Assembly: GCA_012026655.1 (NCBI GenBank)
Contig: JAAILG010000212.1
Coordinates: forward strand, 1 to 64,000
Source of the DNA: Hydrolagus affinis
Taxonomy: Eukaryota
Length of the DNA: 64,000 bases
Reading direction: 5' to 3'
The position numbers and the translations under genes are program-made. Positions within the stretch are counted from its first letter, which is position 1; each line of letters starts with the position of its first letter. Shown here one piece after another: positions 1 through 13,405 of this stretch. Below the pieces are notes generated by a model. The model was not told where the DNA came from. It did no database searches and worked only from the letters and a program-made list of their open reading frames with translations.

Positions 1-3000
1 GAGAGTTTCTCCTGATGTCTTTCCAAGGTAAAAATGCAATGGAAAATTATTCTATTAAATTATTTCTCATTTTCTGTTCTTCAAAGAGGTATGAGAGAGA
101 CATATTTTATAAAACATTGGCAGCCCAGTTTCACAGCAAAATATTGATATTTTCACTGTCATGTTGAGGGTACTTGGGTCCATTGTTTGATTGCATAGAT
201 ACAATGATGAAGTTACTTTCTTTGACAATTTGCTTTATTTCTACTTCTGCTTCATAAATTATCTTTAAAAATGCATAAAATCAGGATTTTAAAAAATGTA
301 TTTAAATCTTCCTGCAGAGCTGCGTAACTTCCAGCTCTTTAAAGTTAACCAACATCAAGGGGAAGACAGTGTAAGGTCAATAGAAATGCAATATAGGAAA
401 ACCCATGCTTGCCTGTGACCTTTCTGGAAGGACCACCTGCCGCAGTTCATCTGGTAAATTACATACCAAAATCATGAGTAGTCCCTTCATTCATATTTGA
501 TCAAAGCGACTGCACGTTATTTTTGTCACAGAAGTTGAAATTAACTGCTTTAGTTAATGGAACTCAGTCAATGTTTCCAAATCAGTGACAATTTTATTCC
601 TTGGATAATTTCCCTCAAAATAGGTTTTCTCTTTTTACCATGTGAAAAAATTGGGAAAAAAAGTCTGTGTTTTGTGCATGATTATGATTTTAAAAATGCC
701 AAATTAATGGGATCAAATCCTTCAAAGCATTTTGTGTTTGCTACAAATAATAATGTTGCTTACTTGCTACGTGAAATATTTCACAATTCTTAATTCTGCC
801 AAACAAATCTAGTGTGCCATTTACCAATTTATCCACGACCATGGCAATTATGCTGATAGACTGAATTTGAACACACTTGCATGAATTTTTTGTTAGATGT
901 AAATTATTGCTGAAATTCTTCTTATCTTTTTCAGTTTGGAGTTGCAACACAGTTCTATAAATTTACAACTCTAGGCATCTATTGCCGCTCAAACTACATA
1001 TGCCTGAAATAGTAGATTCAAAATATAGACTAGGGTTTTGATAGTAAAATCAAGACACATTCCTTTTTAAAAGGAGATTTGGTTGGCAAGTCAACTTACT
1101 GAACTGTGAACACTTCACTGATATTTGACAGCATTATAATTTAATTCCCTTCCAAGATTGAGGATGGAGAATTGCAATGTATCAATTTTAAGTCATTTTC
1201 ATAACAGATCTGTGTTACTACAATAACAGGATTCGGAACCAAATGTTAATAAATCCTGCTCAGCAAGCAGATGGTTCCACAGTCTGTCTGATCATCCACT
1301 GAGCATACACCCTTTCATGGACTTCTCAATTTATACATGAAGTAGAAATAAAAGTACTGTATCAGGAAACTCGGCTCGAATTATTAGATTGTCTGTCAAT
1401 TTGATGCTTGCATGGAAACCATGTTACATTGCATATACAAACTTTTGACTTGTGCATAAATGATGTATGTTTAAAAAAACGTCAAGAAAATAATCAAATT
1501 AACTGGTGCATGAAAAAAAACACTACACATACAATCTCTGAATCTATATGCCCAAAGGATTGACTCTCAACTACGCCAGTACAATTTGACAAGACAAAGT
1601 GACATGACTAGTTTTATAATATGGAGTGATTTAAGATTCTCAACATTCATCTCAATAATGGATAGGTTATTGATCTGGGGGCATTCTAGTGTTTATAAAT
1701 GCATCCATTTAATAAAGTCATTTTATGATCATTTTTCCAATCTAATTAGTTTCTTTAGAAAAGGCTCATTATGAATAACACACCGATTGCAATTAAATTA
1801 TTCAAATTGATTAATCTTCAAGCAAACAATTTATCTTGCACACAAAATATTTGAAGGTTTTGCTTGCAATTTGCTCAGTTGTTGGGGCGATGAGGGGATG
1901 CCATGGCAGAGGTATTGATTTCTGAGAGAAAATCAACCTTTGGATATTGAACTGGAAGCAAGCATTTGGGCCACTTTATCAGGCAGAACAGATATGTATC
2001 AAATGTAACACTGAGGTATATACAGGTCAGCAAATCACAAAGGTGCACAAAACAAGAATGAAACGGGAATAAGAGGTAGTTGATGGGGCACAGGTTTAGA
2101 TTGCTTCATCACTTTGGCCTGCTGGCGGTTTGTAGTTAATCGAGCTGTATTTTTGGTGTTCGGATATCAGTTGAACTCTTGACAGATCCATGATGAGACT
2201 CATTAGGCTGCAGGTAAAATAAAATGTGATCCTTTTATGACATAAGGCAGATTGGGACCAGAGAGCACATGACGCTACTTCTTGCAGAGCAAGAACTTTT
2301 TTTGCTAGGAATTATTTTCTATTTTGTTTCTCTACTTTCACTGCATTATGATCACTGTTGGTAATTTCCTCTACATATTGATTTGCTCCCCGAAAGGAGA
2401 AATAAGTTCTCATGAATTGTTATGTAATTCAAATTATTATTTAGGGAAGTATTTACATTTCTGTGTCTCCATGACTCTCCCTTACAGTATTTTTACTTTT
2501 TACACCCAGTCTTGAAAATAAATGCATCATGCCAATGAAATTCACAGATGGAAAAAAACTGCCTTATACAGGCATATTCGATTTCCTGTATTGTTACAGA
2601 ATTAAATTACTGAAAGTGATAATAGAATAAAGGGAAGTTCATTGTTAAATATGTTTGGCCAGTCTCAACTTAGTTAGTTACTAGTGTTAATTTGCCACTA
2701 AGTATGAGAAGTGGGGCTTTAATATCCTTGTCATACTGCATGGAGCAATGACATCAAATAACCCACTATGAATTAGAACTAAGGCAGCAAGCTAATTGAC
2801 AGTCTAATATGGGTAATACCATAAACACTGAGAACCATGTTTGAGCTGTTTCAAACTTATCTGTGAAGAAATCTGTCTTAATGCCTTCGAGTCACTGAAC
2901 TGTGAATCCTTATTGTGTGTTCTGTTATAATATACATCATTCATTATATTAAATGAGGTTATTCTGCTCTTAGCAGTGGCAACAGCCTTATTAACATGCA

Positions 3001-3542
3001 GTGATATACAGACTGAAAGATTAATGATTACAAGATAATTGCTATAAGTCTTATCAAGAAACTATTTCAAGAAAAATGCTATTATCAAGATCCCCCACTT
3101 GAACTGTGCCTTCGGCTTCCCTCCCACCCTCTCTGCCCTCCACCCTCACTGATCCCAACGGCCACTCGCACCCCACCCCTCTCCTCCCACCCTCTGGTCC
3201 TAATTCCTAAACCCTGACTGTTCAATGCCTTGGGAAGTCCTCCCAATGTGAAAGAAAGAAGTCTTATTTGTATTCTTAACAGATGCAAGGAAACCGTGAA
3301 GTCTTCATCAAATTATTATACTGGAAATATACAATTATACTGGAATTATCAAAATCTTCCAAGAGCATCACAGGTAAGATATTCATCAATCTTTTTCTTG
3401 ACCAATCTACACATGAGTTTTAAAAATGGTTGTGCCCCCAATAAATTGGATTATGTTTCTTCTGAGTCTTTCTGGTCCTTTAAGGGAAACCGAATACATT
3501 AGATCCTTAACTTGACTTTAAAATCAATGTTTTGTGACAATA

Positions 3543-3920
3543 GTAATCCTTGCATTTAATATAGCACCTTCTCATGTTGTAGAAACATCTCAAAATATAC
3601 CACAGGATTTACTTTGGAATGACTGTCTATTTTAAGGTAAGGTGGCAGCACAATTGCAAATAGCCATAAAATGAATGACCAATTTTGGGGAGATTTAAGG
3701 GATTTTTAGCTAGTGGGAGAAACTCCTTTCTCTTTTCGAAGAGTACCATTAGACATTGACCAGATGGGACCTTGCGTCATACCTCATCCATAATATGGCA
3801 CCTTCGACAATGCAACAATATCCCCAGAACTGCATTGGAGTATCAACTTAGACTTGAATTCACATCATTTAACAACTATTGTACAACTTTCTGACAAGAG
3901 TGTTTCCAATGAGTCAAATA
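3543..3920 (-). mobile_element. Ancient Deu-domain SINE (AmnSINE/SacSINE-like) remnant
   Basis: CTCATCC...GGCACCTTCGACAATGCA...ACTGCATTGGAGTATCA resembles the Deu-domain consensus as I recall it. Confidence 0.6.
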
Positions 3921-5540
3921 AGCAGCCAATGAAGGCTGATTTAGAATCGCAATGTTGCAGGCTATGGCATATTTAGAACTTTACTTTTATCCATTCTGTA
4001 GATTGCTTGCTGCAGAAAGGGTACATTTGTATCTTCTAGTGAGGATCACCGAGAGCAGTTGTATTTGACAATGGGCTTTTACCAATGTGTACTTTTCTCT
4101 TTAAGATGACTGAGGCTAGGAACTGCTTCCATTTAAGATGGTGTAGAATTTTGGAAAACGTCTAAATTTAAGAGTTTTTACAAACTTCTGCAGAAACTTA
4201 AAAGTTTCAAACCGTGATATTAAGCTTAAACCCATAAACCATTTTGCACCCTTGGTGCCATTTGGGCAACTTTAGTTGGTCAATCACATCCACATTGTGA
4301 TTGTATATGATTGATCCTTCCTGCATTTGTTGCAAATTGAATAACAAGTCTCTTTCCTGACTTATAAGTATGTGCAAAAAGTCCGAATGGACTCTCCAGC
4401 GAGTGATTGCGTGATTGGAAGCTGATTACATTGTTGGCAATTCTGCTGTCCCAATATTAATCTAGTGTGCTAACTAAAGACGTTGTTATAGATGAGGTCA
4501 GTAAAATTGTAAGCAATCGAATTAATGTAGTGTTTTCAATTTATGAAAAAAAAATTGCAGTAAGAAACACTGAAGTAACTTTATCTTTCAAATACCTATA
4601 TTGTAAAGTAATTATACAGCAAAATGAGCAGTTCTTGAAACCATTAGATTCAAGTTTGCTCCAGGGCATTTTAGATGAATAGCATTAATAAAATGACAAA
4701 AACAAGACTCTTTTACTTCATCTTCGTCACAAATAAGAATCTAACACACAGAATGTCATTTTCATTTTTAATTGTCTTGCCCCGGACAGTTCTGGGTCAT
4801 TACCTAAACAGAAACTAATTTTTTAAAATAAGAATAGCATGAAAAGAGTTTTTAAGAAATCCTTGCACAATATAGGGAAGAGTATTTTTACACACAAAGA
4901 AACACCAAGAACATTTTATTAGATTAACAAATGTCCAGATATATTGTGAACATTACCTTTCATGGACATTCTCCCATTGCTCTTCAGTATTAAAATGAAG
5001 ACAAAGTGTGATTGTTAAATTCTTAGTAACTCTGCGTCTGAACAAACAGCTAATCACCTTTTAAGATATTTATTCTGTAACTTTAGCTAATATACTATCA
5101 GTTATCTTCAGCGAACTTATCAGTACCTCTACATTTTAGCAAGATAAATTCCACATCAATATTCTATGCTTCATCAATATTCCATCCCAAATACCTGTTT
5201 TTATTCTCTGGGAATAGGTATTACGAAGTGTGGACTTTTACTCCTCCCCATCCCACCCCCACCTTCTACCTCACTGCATGCATGTCCAGGGAGAAATTGC
5301 ACAATTGCACATTTCAGAAGCAGACAAACAAAAAATTCTGTGAGCTCTTCACAGCAGGGAATTGGGCTTGTAAACTGAGGCAGCAGATTTTGCTGCCTCA
5401 GCAGGAGGAGCTAATTTGTGTCAGATCACAAATTAGCTAAAATAAATGTTTAGGTATTTTTGCTGTATTTCATACTACTGTATCAGAACCTACTTATCCC
5501 CTCCACACCCCCATGATTTACGTTTTTTAATCTCTCCCAT

Positions 5541-6545
5541 ATCATAGTATCACAGAATGTTTCGGCACAAAAGGAGGCCATTCGGCCCATCTAATCTGTG
5601 CCGGCTCTTTGAAAAGAGCAACTCAATCCCACTGCCCAGCTCTCTCCATAATCTAACAGATTTGTTCTCCCTAAATAAAGATCTAATTCTCTTTTAAAAG
5701 CTGTTATCGAATCAGCAGATTCGAACAACCCACTGAGTGAAAAAATTTCTCAGCTCCCCTCTGCTTCATTTTGAAACTATTTTAAATCTGTGACCACGAG
5801 TCACTCTGTTCTAAAAAGAATAAACCTAGCCTATCTAGCCTTTCCCCATAACTGAAGTCCCTCAATCCTGGTACCATTCTAGTAAACCTTCTTTGCACCC
5901 TTTCCAATGCCTTAACATCCTTTCTATAGTGTGGTGACCAGAATTGGCTCCAGCTGAGGCCTAACTAAAGTTTAATAGAGGTTAGTCAGCACTTCCTGAC
6001 TTTTGTACCCTATTTATAAAGCCTAGTATCCCATATGCCTTTTTAACTGCTTTTTCTACCTGTCCTGCCACCTTCAAAGAATCACTAACACAAATCCCCA
6101 GGTCTCTCTATTCCCTCACACCCCTTAAAATTGTACTATCTAGCCTATATTGCCTCCCCTCATCTCTTCTCCCAAAATGTATCACCTCACACTTCTCTAC
6201 ATTAACCTTTATCTGCCATGTGACTGCCCACTTTACCATTTTATCTTCTTGCAGATGGTTACTATCCTCCTCATTATTTACTATTCTCCCTAATTTAGTA
6301 TCATCTGCAAACTTGGAAACTGTGCTCCCTACACCCAAGTCCAGATCATTAATAAAAATTAAAAAGAGCAGTGGTCCCAAAACCAATCCCTGGGGGACGC
6401 CACTGCACACTTCCCTCCAGTCTGAAAATATCCATGCTGCCACTGTCCCTTTAACGCTGTGGGCCTCTACTTTCCTAATAAGCCTCTCGTGCGGCACTTT
6501 GTCAAATGCCTTTTGAAAGTCCATGTAAACTACATCAACTGTGCT
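5541..6545 (-). mobile_element. 5'-truncated, degenerate CR1-clade LINE (RT fragment plus 3' UTR)
   Basis: Minus-strand MDFQKAFDKVPH...SGVPQGLVLGPLLFLIFINDLD...KFADDTK; CR1-type 3' end (GGGCCGAATGGCCTCC...TTCTGTGATACTATGA). Confidence 0.92.
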
Positions 6546-7431
6546 ATATATCTATTATTCTCATTTAAAATTGAAACAAGAACAATAGATATATGAGAGA
6601 GATTAAAAAGTGCCGTGCACAATTGACTGCCATGTTACACCCACAAAATATACAGTCAAGTCACTTTACAGTGTATTCTGTGAAGCACTTTGAGATATCT
6701 CAAAGACGTGATAAGGGCTACATCAAATGGAAGGATTATTATGTTATTATTTTCCATACACACAAACAGCCCTTTACTTGTTGGATAAATGTGCTAAATG
6801 AATGATTTGAAAGAACTTTAATTTTCTCAGAATACAGAGACCATTCATCCGGAAGTAATGAGAGAAGAGATCAGATCAAAATACATGAAATGTTTAAATT
6901 TAATCATTCGCAAATCATTATTCCAGTCTTGGCATTCAAAACAAACATATTCCCCAGCTGGCCCTCAGCCACCAGCTGTGCCTTTCCATGGTATGTCTAA
7001 TTAGGGGCCGAATGTGGCTGCTTTGGCATAAGATGAAATCGAGCAGTGACAGGCGTACTGGTGTTAAAACCTCAATAAACACATGCCTTTGTTAAAAGGT
7101 TATGACTGTGGATTTTTAGTTCTGAACAGAAGTGTTACATTTGTTTTCAATTGCTGACTATCATTCTCATGATTACAATGGTGGCTGCTTTGATGCGCAG
7201 AACTGTGATACACTTGTAAAATGTGAGGTTACTGTTTCTCAGGAAAGGCTATAACCATTGTCTGGCATTCACTGTCAGATTCAGTCCTTTGTCCATTATT
7301 GGTGAAACACATGGAGCTTGTGATGTTCCAGTTGGCCATGTTCCTCCTTCCTGCAATTTGAAATTGGAATGAATTGTTTCCGCTGTATAAAATGATAGCA
7401 TCTAATATGTGGTTTGAATTTAGCAATTTGT

Positions 7432-7692
7432 AATGTAATAATAATTCTTGCATTTGATATACCGCCTTATCATGTCGTTGAGACGTCTCAAAGCGCTTCA
7501 CTGAATATACTGTAAATTGGATTGACTTTGTAGGTGAAATGCAGGAGCCAATTCCACAAACAGTCACGGATTGAGTGACCCAATTTTTTTTTAAGGGATT
7601 ATTAACCCCCACTGAAAGCAATCCGCAATGAACTAACAATCGGGTTCCAACTTACTGCTAAGTAACAGAGGTGTGTGGAGTAGGGAAACTTG
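7432..7692 (-). mobile_element. CORE-type SINE, 5'-truncated
   Basis: Reverse complement of the body and tail motifs (GGGTCACTCAATCC, GTGAAGCGCTTTGAGACGTCTC, ATATCAAATGCAAGAATTATT). Shorter copies at about 6612-6750(+), 8697-8872(+), 21975-22113(+), 22518-22640(-), 32910-33040(+), 37630-37755(+), 53545-53635(+) and 56288-56420(-). Confidence 0.85.
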
Positions 7693-8074
7693 TAGTGTAT
7701 CAATTAGGAATGTATCAGAATGTATTTGAGGCAGAGTGAGCCAGTGCCAATGTCCATGAAGTTGGGTAGTGCGCTCATCTTCCAGTTCATGAGTCTCACC
7801 CTTTTGATCTCTTTTCGATCTCAATGCCTCCCACAGAACGGGTTCTCAAGCTCTCAGGGCTCTTCCACTTGCTCTCTCTAACTCCCCATAGAGGATTTCA
7901 GACTTGTTCTTTGATTTTCCATTCTGCTGTGGAAGGAATGTCTTAGTTTCCTCAAAGCTTGATTATGGACAATTTAAGAAGAAGTACACAATGATAGCTT
8001 CAAAATCAATGTTAATGCTAAATATATATTGCATGAATGTATCTGATAATTTAAATGTATCTCTTTTTCCATTT

Positions 8075-8223
8075 TCAGGTCGCGGCTAAAGACCTTTCTA
8101 TTTCACCGCACCTACGGTCACCATTCCCCTCCCCCTGGCTCGGCCCCGGGCTCCGCTATTGTGAAGGGCTCTAGGACGCTGCCTGGTATGGAGGATGCAA
8201 TATTAATCTAAATGTTGTTGTTG
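8075..8223 (+). mobile_element. L2 3' fragment
   Basis: Matches the 3' end of the 10646-12026 element (CAGGTC...AAGACCTTTCT...GCTCGG...(GTT)n). Confidence 0.75.
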
Positions 8224-10645
8224 ATAAGACAGCTCAGCACAAACATGCTTCAGGTCATAAGGAATTAAGGGGTGTGAACAGTAAGGAACTGAAGATGTAA
8301 GACAAAACAGAAGATGCAAATACGTTGCAGATTCCTTGTAAAGTGATCTCTGGTGCTCCTTTCAGAGGACGTCACTCAGAGTTTCACTACACAAAAGGAG
8401 GGTAACTGACCTTGGAGCATATTAATTGTATCCTCAAGGTTATATCATGAGCATCTTTGGCAGAGGGCTAAAATCCCACCCTCCCTCAAGGAATGGTATG
8501 TAGGACAGGGGAACAAACCTATGGACAAAATATACAATAAGTCAATATCAAGGAAACTAAGATTACTCCTTGTTCAACATAAAATAGAAATTTATTTTCA
8601 TGGTAAGAATATTTCCACTATAGGGTGTCTGAGTGATTAGATTATTTCATTACACACAACCACTTACATATATAATAATTATCATTATTGCATGATAATA
8701 ATCCATTTAAAAAAATTGGGTACTTCAATCCACGATTGTTTGTGGGGACACTGCTGTGCGCAATTGCCTGCCGCGTTTAGCCCACAAATATACAGCCGAT
8801 TCACTTCACGGTATTAGAGCTTGGTCTAATACGTGAAAGGCGCGATATCAAATGCAAGAATTATTATTATTATATGTAGCATTTATCACACACACATTAG
8901 ATTAAATGCAGATCAGAAAAAGAAGTCAAACTAAACAGGTCATTTAACACGGTTTCAGCTACCTCATCAAAGTCATGTCAATTCCATAATCCTTGGAGAT
9001 GAAAATGGCAGCTGGTGAGTGAAGAGATGAAAGTGCTGTGGGATTCAGTCAAGCTGTTAAAAAGCACAGAAGCAGCATCTTCTGAGAGCATCACCCATGT
9101 GTGGAGTGGCTGGAACTCTAAATAGTGGGGGGAGACAGCATCAGGCTTTGAACTGAATTTTTGAAACAGGGCCAGGTTAAGCATACCTTTTATGAATATT
9201 TTATGTTTAGAAGCATTCAAGGGGAAGTATAAGGAGAGTTGCAAATGTAATGGGTGAAGCAAAAGTAAACGTTGTGAGGAAGGTGCACAAGTGGTCTATT
9301 TTCTTGAATCTAACATTGCCTCGCTCATGATCAGGTGGAAGCTGATTTTTTTTAAGGATAAGATGAAATGGGCCTAAGCTGCTTCTTTCTTATTTTGAAT
9401 CTCTCCTGTGAACAGATTCTTCGGGGGGCTTACTTCTAAGAATACCCTCCACAAGAATGTACATCACAAAAGCATTTTACCCTTCTGAAGAGAAAACAAT
9501 TTCCTCCTATAAAAATCATAAAGTGACTTTAATACAGTTGTAGTTTGTGGAATCTACATATTTCAACAATTATTGAATTAATTAAAATATTTCAACAATT
9601 TACAGCTCTCCAAATAACAGTTTCCATGCATTGTTGCGCCCACAAATTAGAAACAACATCATTGAATATGTTGAACAGTTCACTTTGGTTGTCACCCTTA
9701 CTTTGATTATGACATTACACTAGAAATGAAAAGAAAAATAGGGCTAGCACCTTGGGCCGACCTCCCGAAGTGAAAGGCATTATATAAATGCAATTGGTTG
9801 TTGCCTTGCCTCTTTGTCAAGTCTGGTCTCAAAATGCACTTGTAACTCAGCAGAACTGGAAGTCTGAATACAGATTTCACATCTACCAAATCACTATACC
9901 AAAATAATCCTGGGCAACAATCCACGGGACAAATTGTTCATTCACTTCATCACTGTTTGTGGGATCTGGCTGAGTGCAAATTAGGGGAGCACAATTGCTT
10001 ACAAATACAATAACAATGTACATCACCAATATCTGGGACTCTGGTTGAGCCTTACAGTGCATACCTCACATGTTGCAACGTTAACGGTGTATTTTGCTTT
10101 CCTTTGTATTCAGTCATGAGTTCTCAGCATTCCCAGCAATTTCTGTTTTTATTGATGATTATGCTAGTCAGACTATTGGGGTCAGACTCCAACACTGTCA
10201 AACGCTCCGGGACATATCCCACCTGAAGGGTGTTATATAAATGCAAGTTGTTGTTGCTGGCCCAGTTTCATGACATAATACACTTGCTGGATTCATTGGA
10301 TTTTTTGTGTCAAAGTGGGCAGTGTCAAACTCACTGGCCAGACTCACACATGCAGTGTTGACATTTGCAGATCACACAACAGGTAATGAGGATTCACAGC
10401 ATCAGTCTGAAAGAGCCAACTTACAAGCTGTCCATCATTCAAGTGCCTTCCTGTCATAGACGGCACCTCTGTGGAATCCCTTACTGCTTGAGTGCATTGT
10501 GACTGACAATCCCCTGAAGGAAATATTAGCTTTCAAGACAGCACTGTACAAACATTTGATGAATACAAAATACTGCCTTGAGTTTTTCCTTCACAAACTT
10601 ACTGAACAATATCAGTTTGAAATGTTTTACATTGTCTTTCTTCAC

Positions 10646-12026
10646 TACATCGTTGCAAACCAACTCTGTGCCCACCTCTCCTCCCACTGCCTCTTCGAAC
10701 CCCTCCAGTCCGGTTTCCGCCCTGCCCACAGCACAGAGACTGCGCTTGTGAAAGTCACAAACGACATCCTCTCTATCTGCGACCAGGGCTCCCTCTGCCT
10801 CCTTATCCTCCTGGACCTGTCTGCTGCGTTCGACACACGCCATCCTCCTCCACCGCCTGTCCTCCGTCATCCACCTCAGTGGGACCACACTCACCTGGTT
10901 TGAGTCCCACCTCACAAACCGCCAGCAGTGCATCTCCACAAACGGTTTCTCCTCGCACTCTTACCCAGTTACCTGTGGGGTACCCCAGAGATTCATCCTT
11001 GGCCCCCTCCTTTTCCTCATCTATATGCTCCCTCTTGGGGATGTCATCCACAGACATGGGGCACACTTCCACATGTACACGGATGACACGCAACTCTATT
11101 TCTCCACTTCACTTTGCGACCCCCAGTCCCCTGATGTTCTGTCAGCCTGCCTGTCAGACATCAGGGGCTGGATGAGCGCAAATTTCTTGCAGCTGAATGT
11201 CGACAGGACGGAGGCCATACTCCTTGGCTCTCATCAACGTCTCCATTCACATGGCTCTCACTTCCTCCACCTTCCCGGCCTGCCCCTAAAACTCTCCGAA
11301 CCTGTGCGTAACCTAGGCGTCAGGTTCGACCCCCAATTGTCCTTCCTCCCCCACATCCGGTCCGTTACCAGCACTGTCTTCTACCATCTCCGACAGATCG
11401 CCCGTCTCCGGCAATACCTCACACCAAAAGCCGCTGAAACCTTGGTCCATACCTTTGTCACCTCTCGGCTAGACTATTGCAATCCCTCCTCTCCGGTATC
11501 CCCTCCACCACAATCCACAAAATCCAGCTAATCCAGAACTCTGCCGCCCGCGTACTCACCCGCTCCAAGCTTCGCTCCCCCATTACCCCAGTCCTCGCCA
11601 GACTTCACTGGCTCCCTATCCCAGAGAGGATCGACTTCAAGATCCTCACCCTTGTTTTCAAGTCCCTCCACTCCTCTGCACCCCCCTATCTCTCTGATCT
11701 CCTCTCCCCCCAACCCAGCACCCACTGCCTTCTCTCCTCTGGGTCTGGCCTCCTCCATGTCCCCCGAATCCTTTGCTCCACCCTCGGCGTCCGTGCCTTC
11801 AGCCACTACGCCCCAAGGCTCTGGAACTCCCTTCCTCACTCCCTTCGCCTCGCCCCCTTTCTTCCCAGTTTCAGGTCACAGCTGAAGACCTTTCTTTTCG
11901 ACCGCTCTTTTGGTCACCTTTCTGCCCCTGCCCCTGGCTCGGTCCCGGGATCCGCTTTTGTAAAGCACTCTGAGATGCCGTCCAGCATGGAGGGCGCTAT
12001 ATAAATCAAAGTTGTTGTTGTTGTTG
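10646..12026 (+). mobile_element. 5'-truncated L2-clade LINE (RT C-terminal half, frameshifted) with (GTT)n tail
   Basis: [47 protein letters not shown] and LHWLPIPERIDFKI spread over several frames; GGCGCTATATAAAT...(GTT)n 3' end. Confidence 0.93.
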
Positions 12027-12249
12027 TACATCTTTGATAAAGTAACCAAATTGTTCATTTATAACAATGCATATCTATATACACAATGGATAGACATTTC
12101 CAATTTATACTTCTATTTGAGGAGGTAGTCAGGGTTGCTAGCAGATTATTGGGGAGAAATTCTTCCTTTGTCTAGATTTACTCTTACTTTCAGAAAATGT
12201 AAAATTTGGCAACTTTTTAAATTCAGCCTTAAATTTGAATTTGGGTTGT

Positions 12250-12552
12250 GGTAGTTCTTAAAAGTGCATGGGATCTTTAATATCCACCTGAACAGGCAGA
12301 CAAGGCTTTGGTTTAATGTCTCATCTGAAGGATGACAACAACAACCAAAACAAATTTACACTTGTAAGGCGCCTTTCACATCAGGATGACATCTCCAACA
12401 ATGCAACATGCTCTGAGCATTGCACTGAATTGTCATTCTAGAGTCCCAGACTATGTGAGTAAAATTTAAACTTGATTAAGTATTGCCCAAATTGTACCAC
12501 TGAATATATTTTTAAGTTTCAATGTGGGGCTTGAACCCACAATCTCTGACTG
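12250..12552 (-). mobile_element. Deu-domain SINE remnant, interrupted
   Basis: CATGGGATCTTTAATATCCACCTGA...GGTTTAATGTCTCATCTGAA...GGGGCTTGAACCCACAA. Confidence 0.65.
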
Positions 12553-13188
12553 TGTTTTGCTGCACACACTTTTTTCTGCAGAAAGACAACTCATTTTTAT
12601 TATTCTGCCTTCTTCATTTGTTGTATTTTGGCACTATTTTATGAAAGAGATGGGAGGTTAAATTGATGTGGCATGTAGGAAGCAATAGAACATTTCTGTC
12701 TAGAGGTAACATATCTGAACCGACATCCACACTGAACAATATTCTATTCCATTGTGGACTATTGGCAAAAATGTCTGTTGTGTACTTTAAAATCTTCTCC
12801 ATCTCTTACCAATAAATAGGATAGGTGAGAGTACCTTGAGGGTCTGTGGATTAGAATGCTTTGCAATTTATATTGATGGATCAATTAGGACTAGAATTCA
12901 GCTTCATCTTTCTGCATCTTAATGGAACTGAAGGTTTTTATTTTTGCATTCACTAATATGAAACTGCTGTTCTTGGTAGAGATTGATGATGCTTTACTAA
13001 ACTTACACAAATACTAGGAAGCTGTGCTGTAATTAACAGATGGTTGAAAAGTATTTCCCTTTTGTGTTTGCCAAATACTTTTCTTATTTTGATTTCTAAC
13101 CTCATAATATTATAGCTTAAAATTGCATTTGAAATGCAGCATTGCTTTAGTGCTGTGCTACAACTTTGGGACAGAAATAAAGTATGGG

Positions 13189-13405
13189 TTTTGGACCACC
13201 AGATATTTTCAGGAAGTCAGTGCCTTTTCAAGGAGCTGTATGTTTAATATTGTTTATCCTGCCTATTTTCTAGCAGCATAATTCTGTACATTCATTTTTG
13301 GACCACCAGATATTTTCAGGAAGTCAGTGCCTTTTCAAGGAGCTGTATGTTTAATATTGTTTATCCTGCCTATTTTCTAGCAGCATAATTCTGTACATTC
13401 ATTTT
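13189..13405. repeat. Perfect 107-bp tandem duplication
   Basis: Two identical copies starting TTTTGGACCACCAGATATT at 13189 and 13296. Confidence 0.95.

Noticed and set aside
318-453. Exon-like segment whose only stop in one frame is TGA (HACL*PFW), a possible selenoprotein
   Set aside because: No resemblance to a selenoprotein family I know, no SECIS identified and no supporting exons.
10499-12004. Active reverse transcriptase gene
   Set aside because: 5'-truncated, no endonuclease domain, several frameshifts, and YADD is changed to YTDD.
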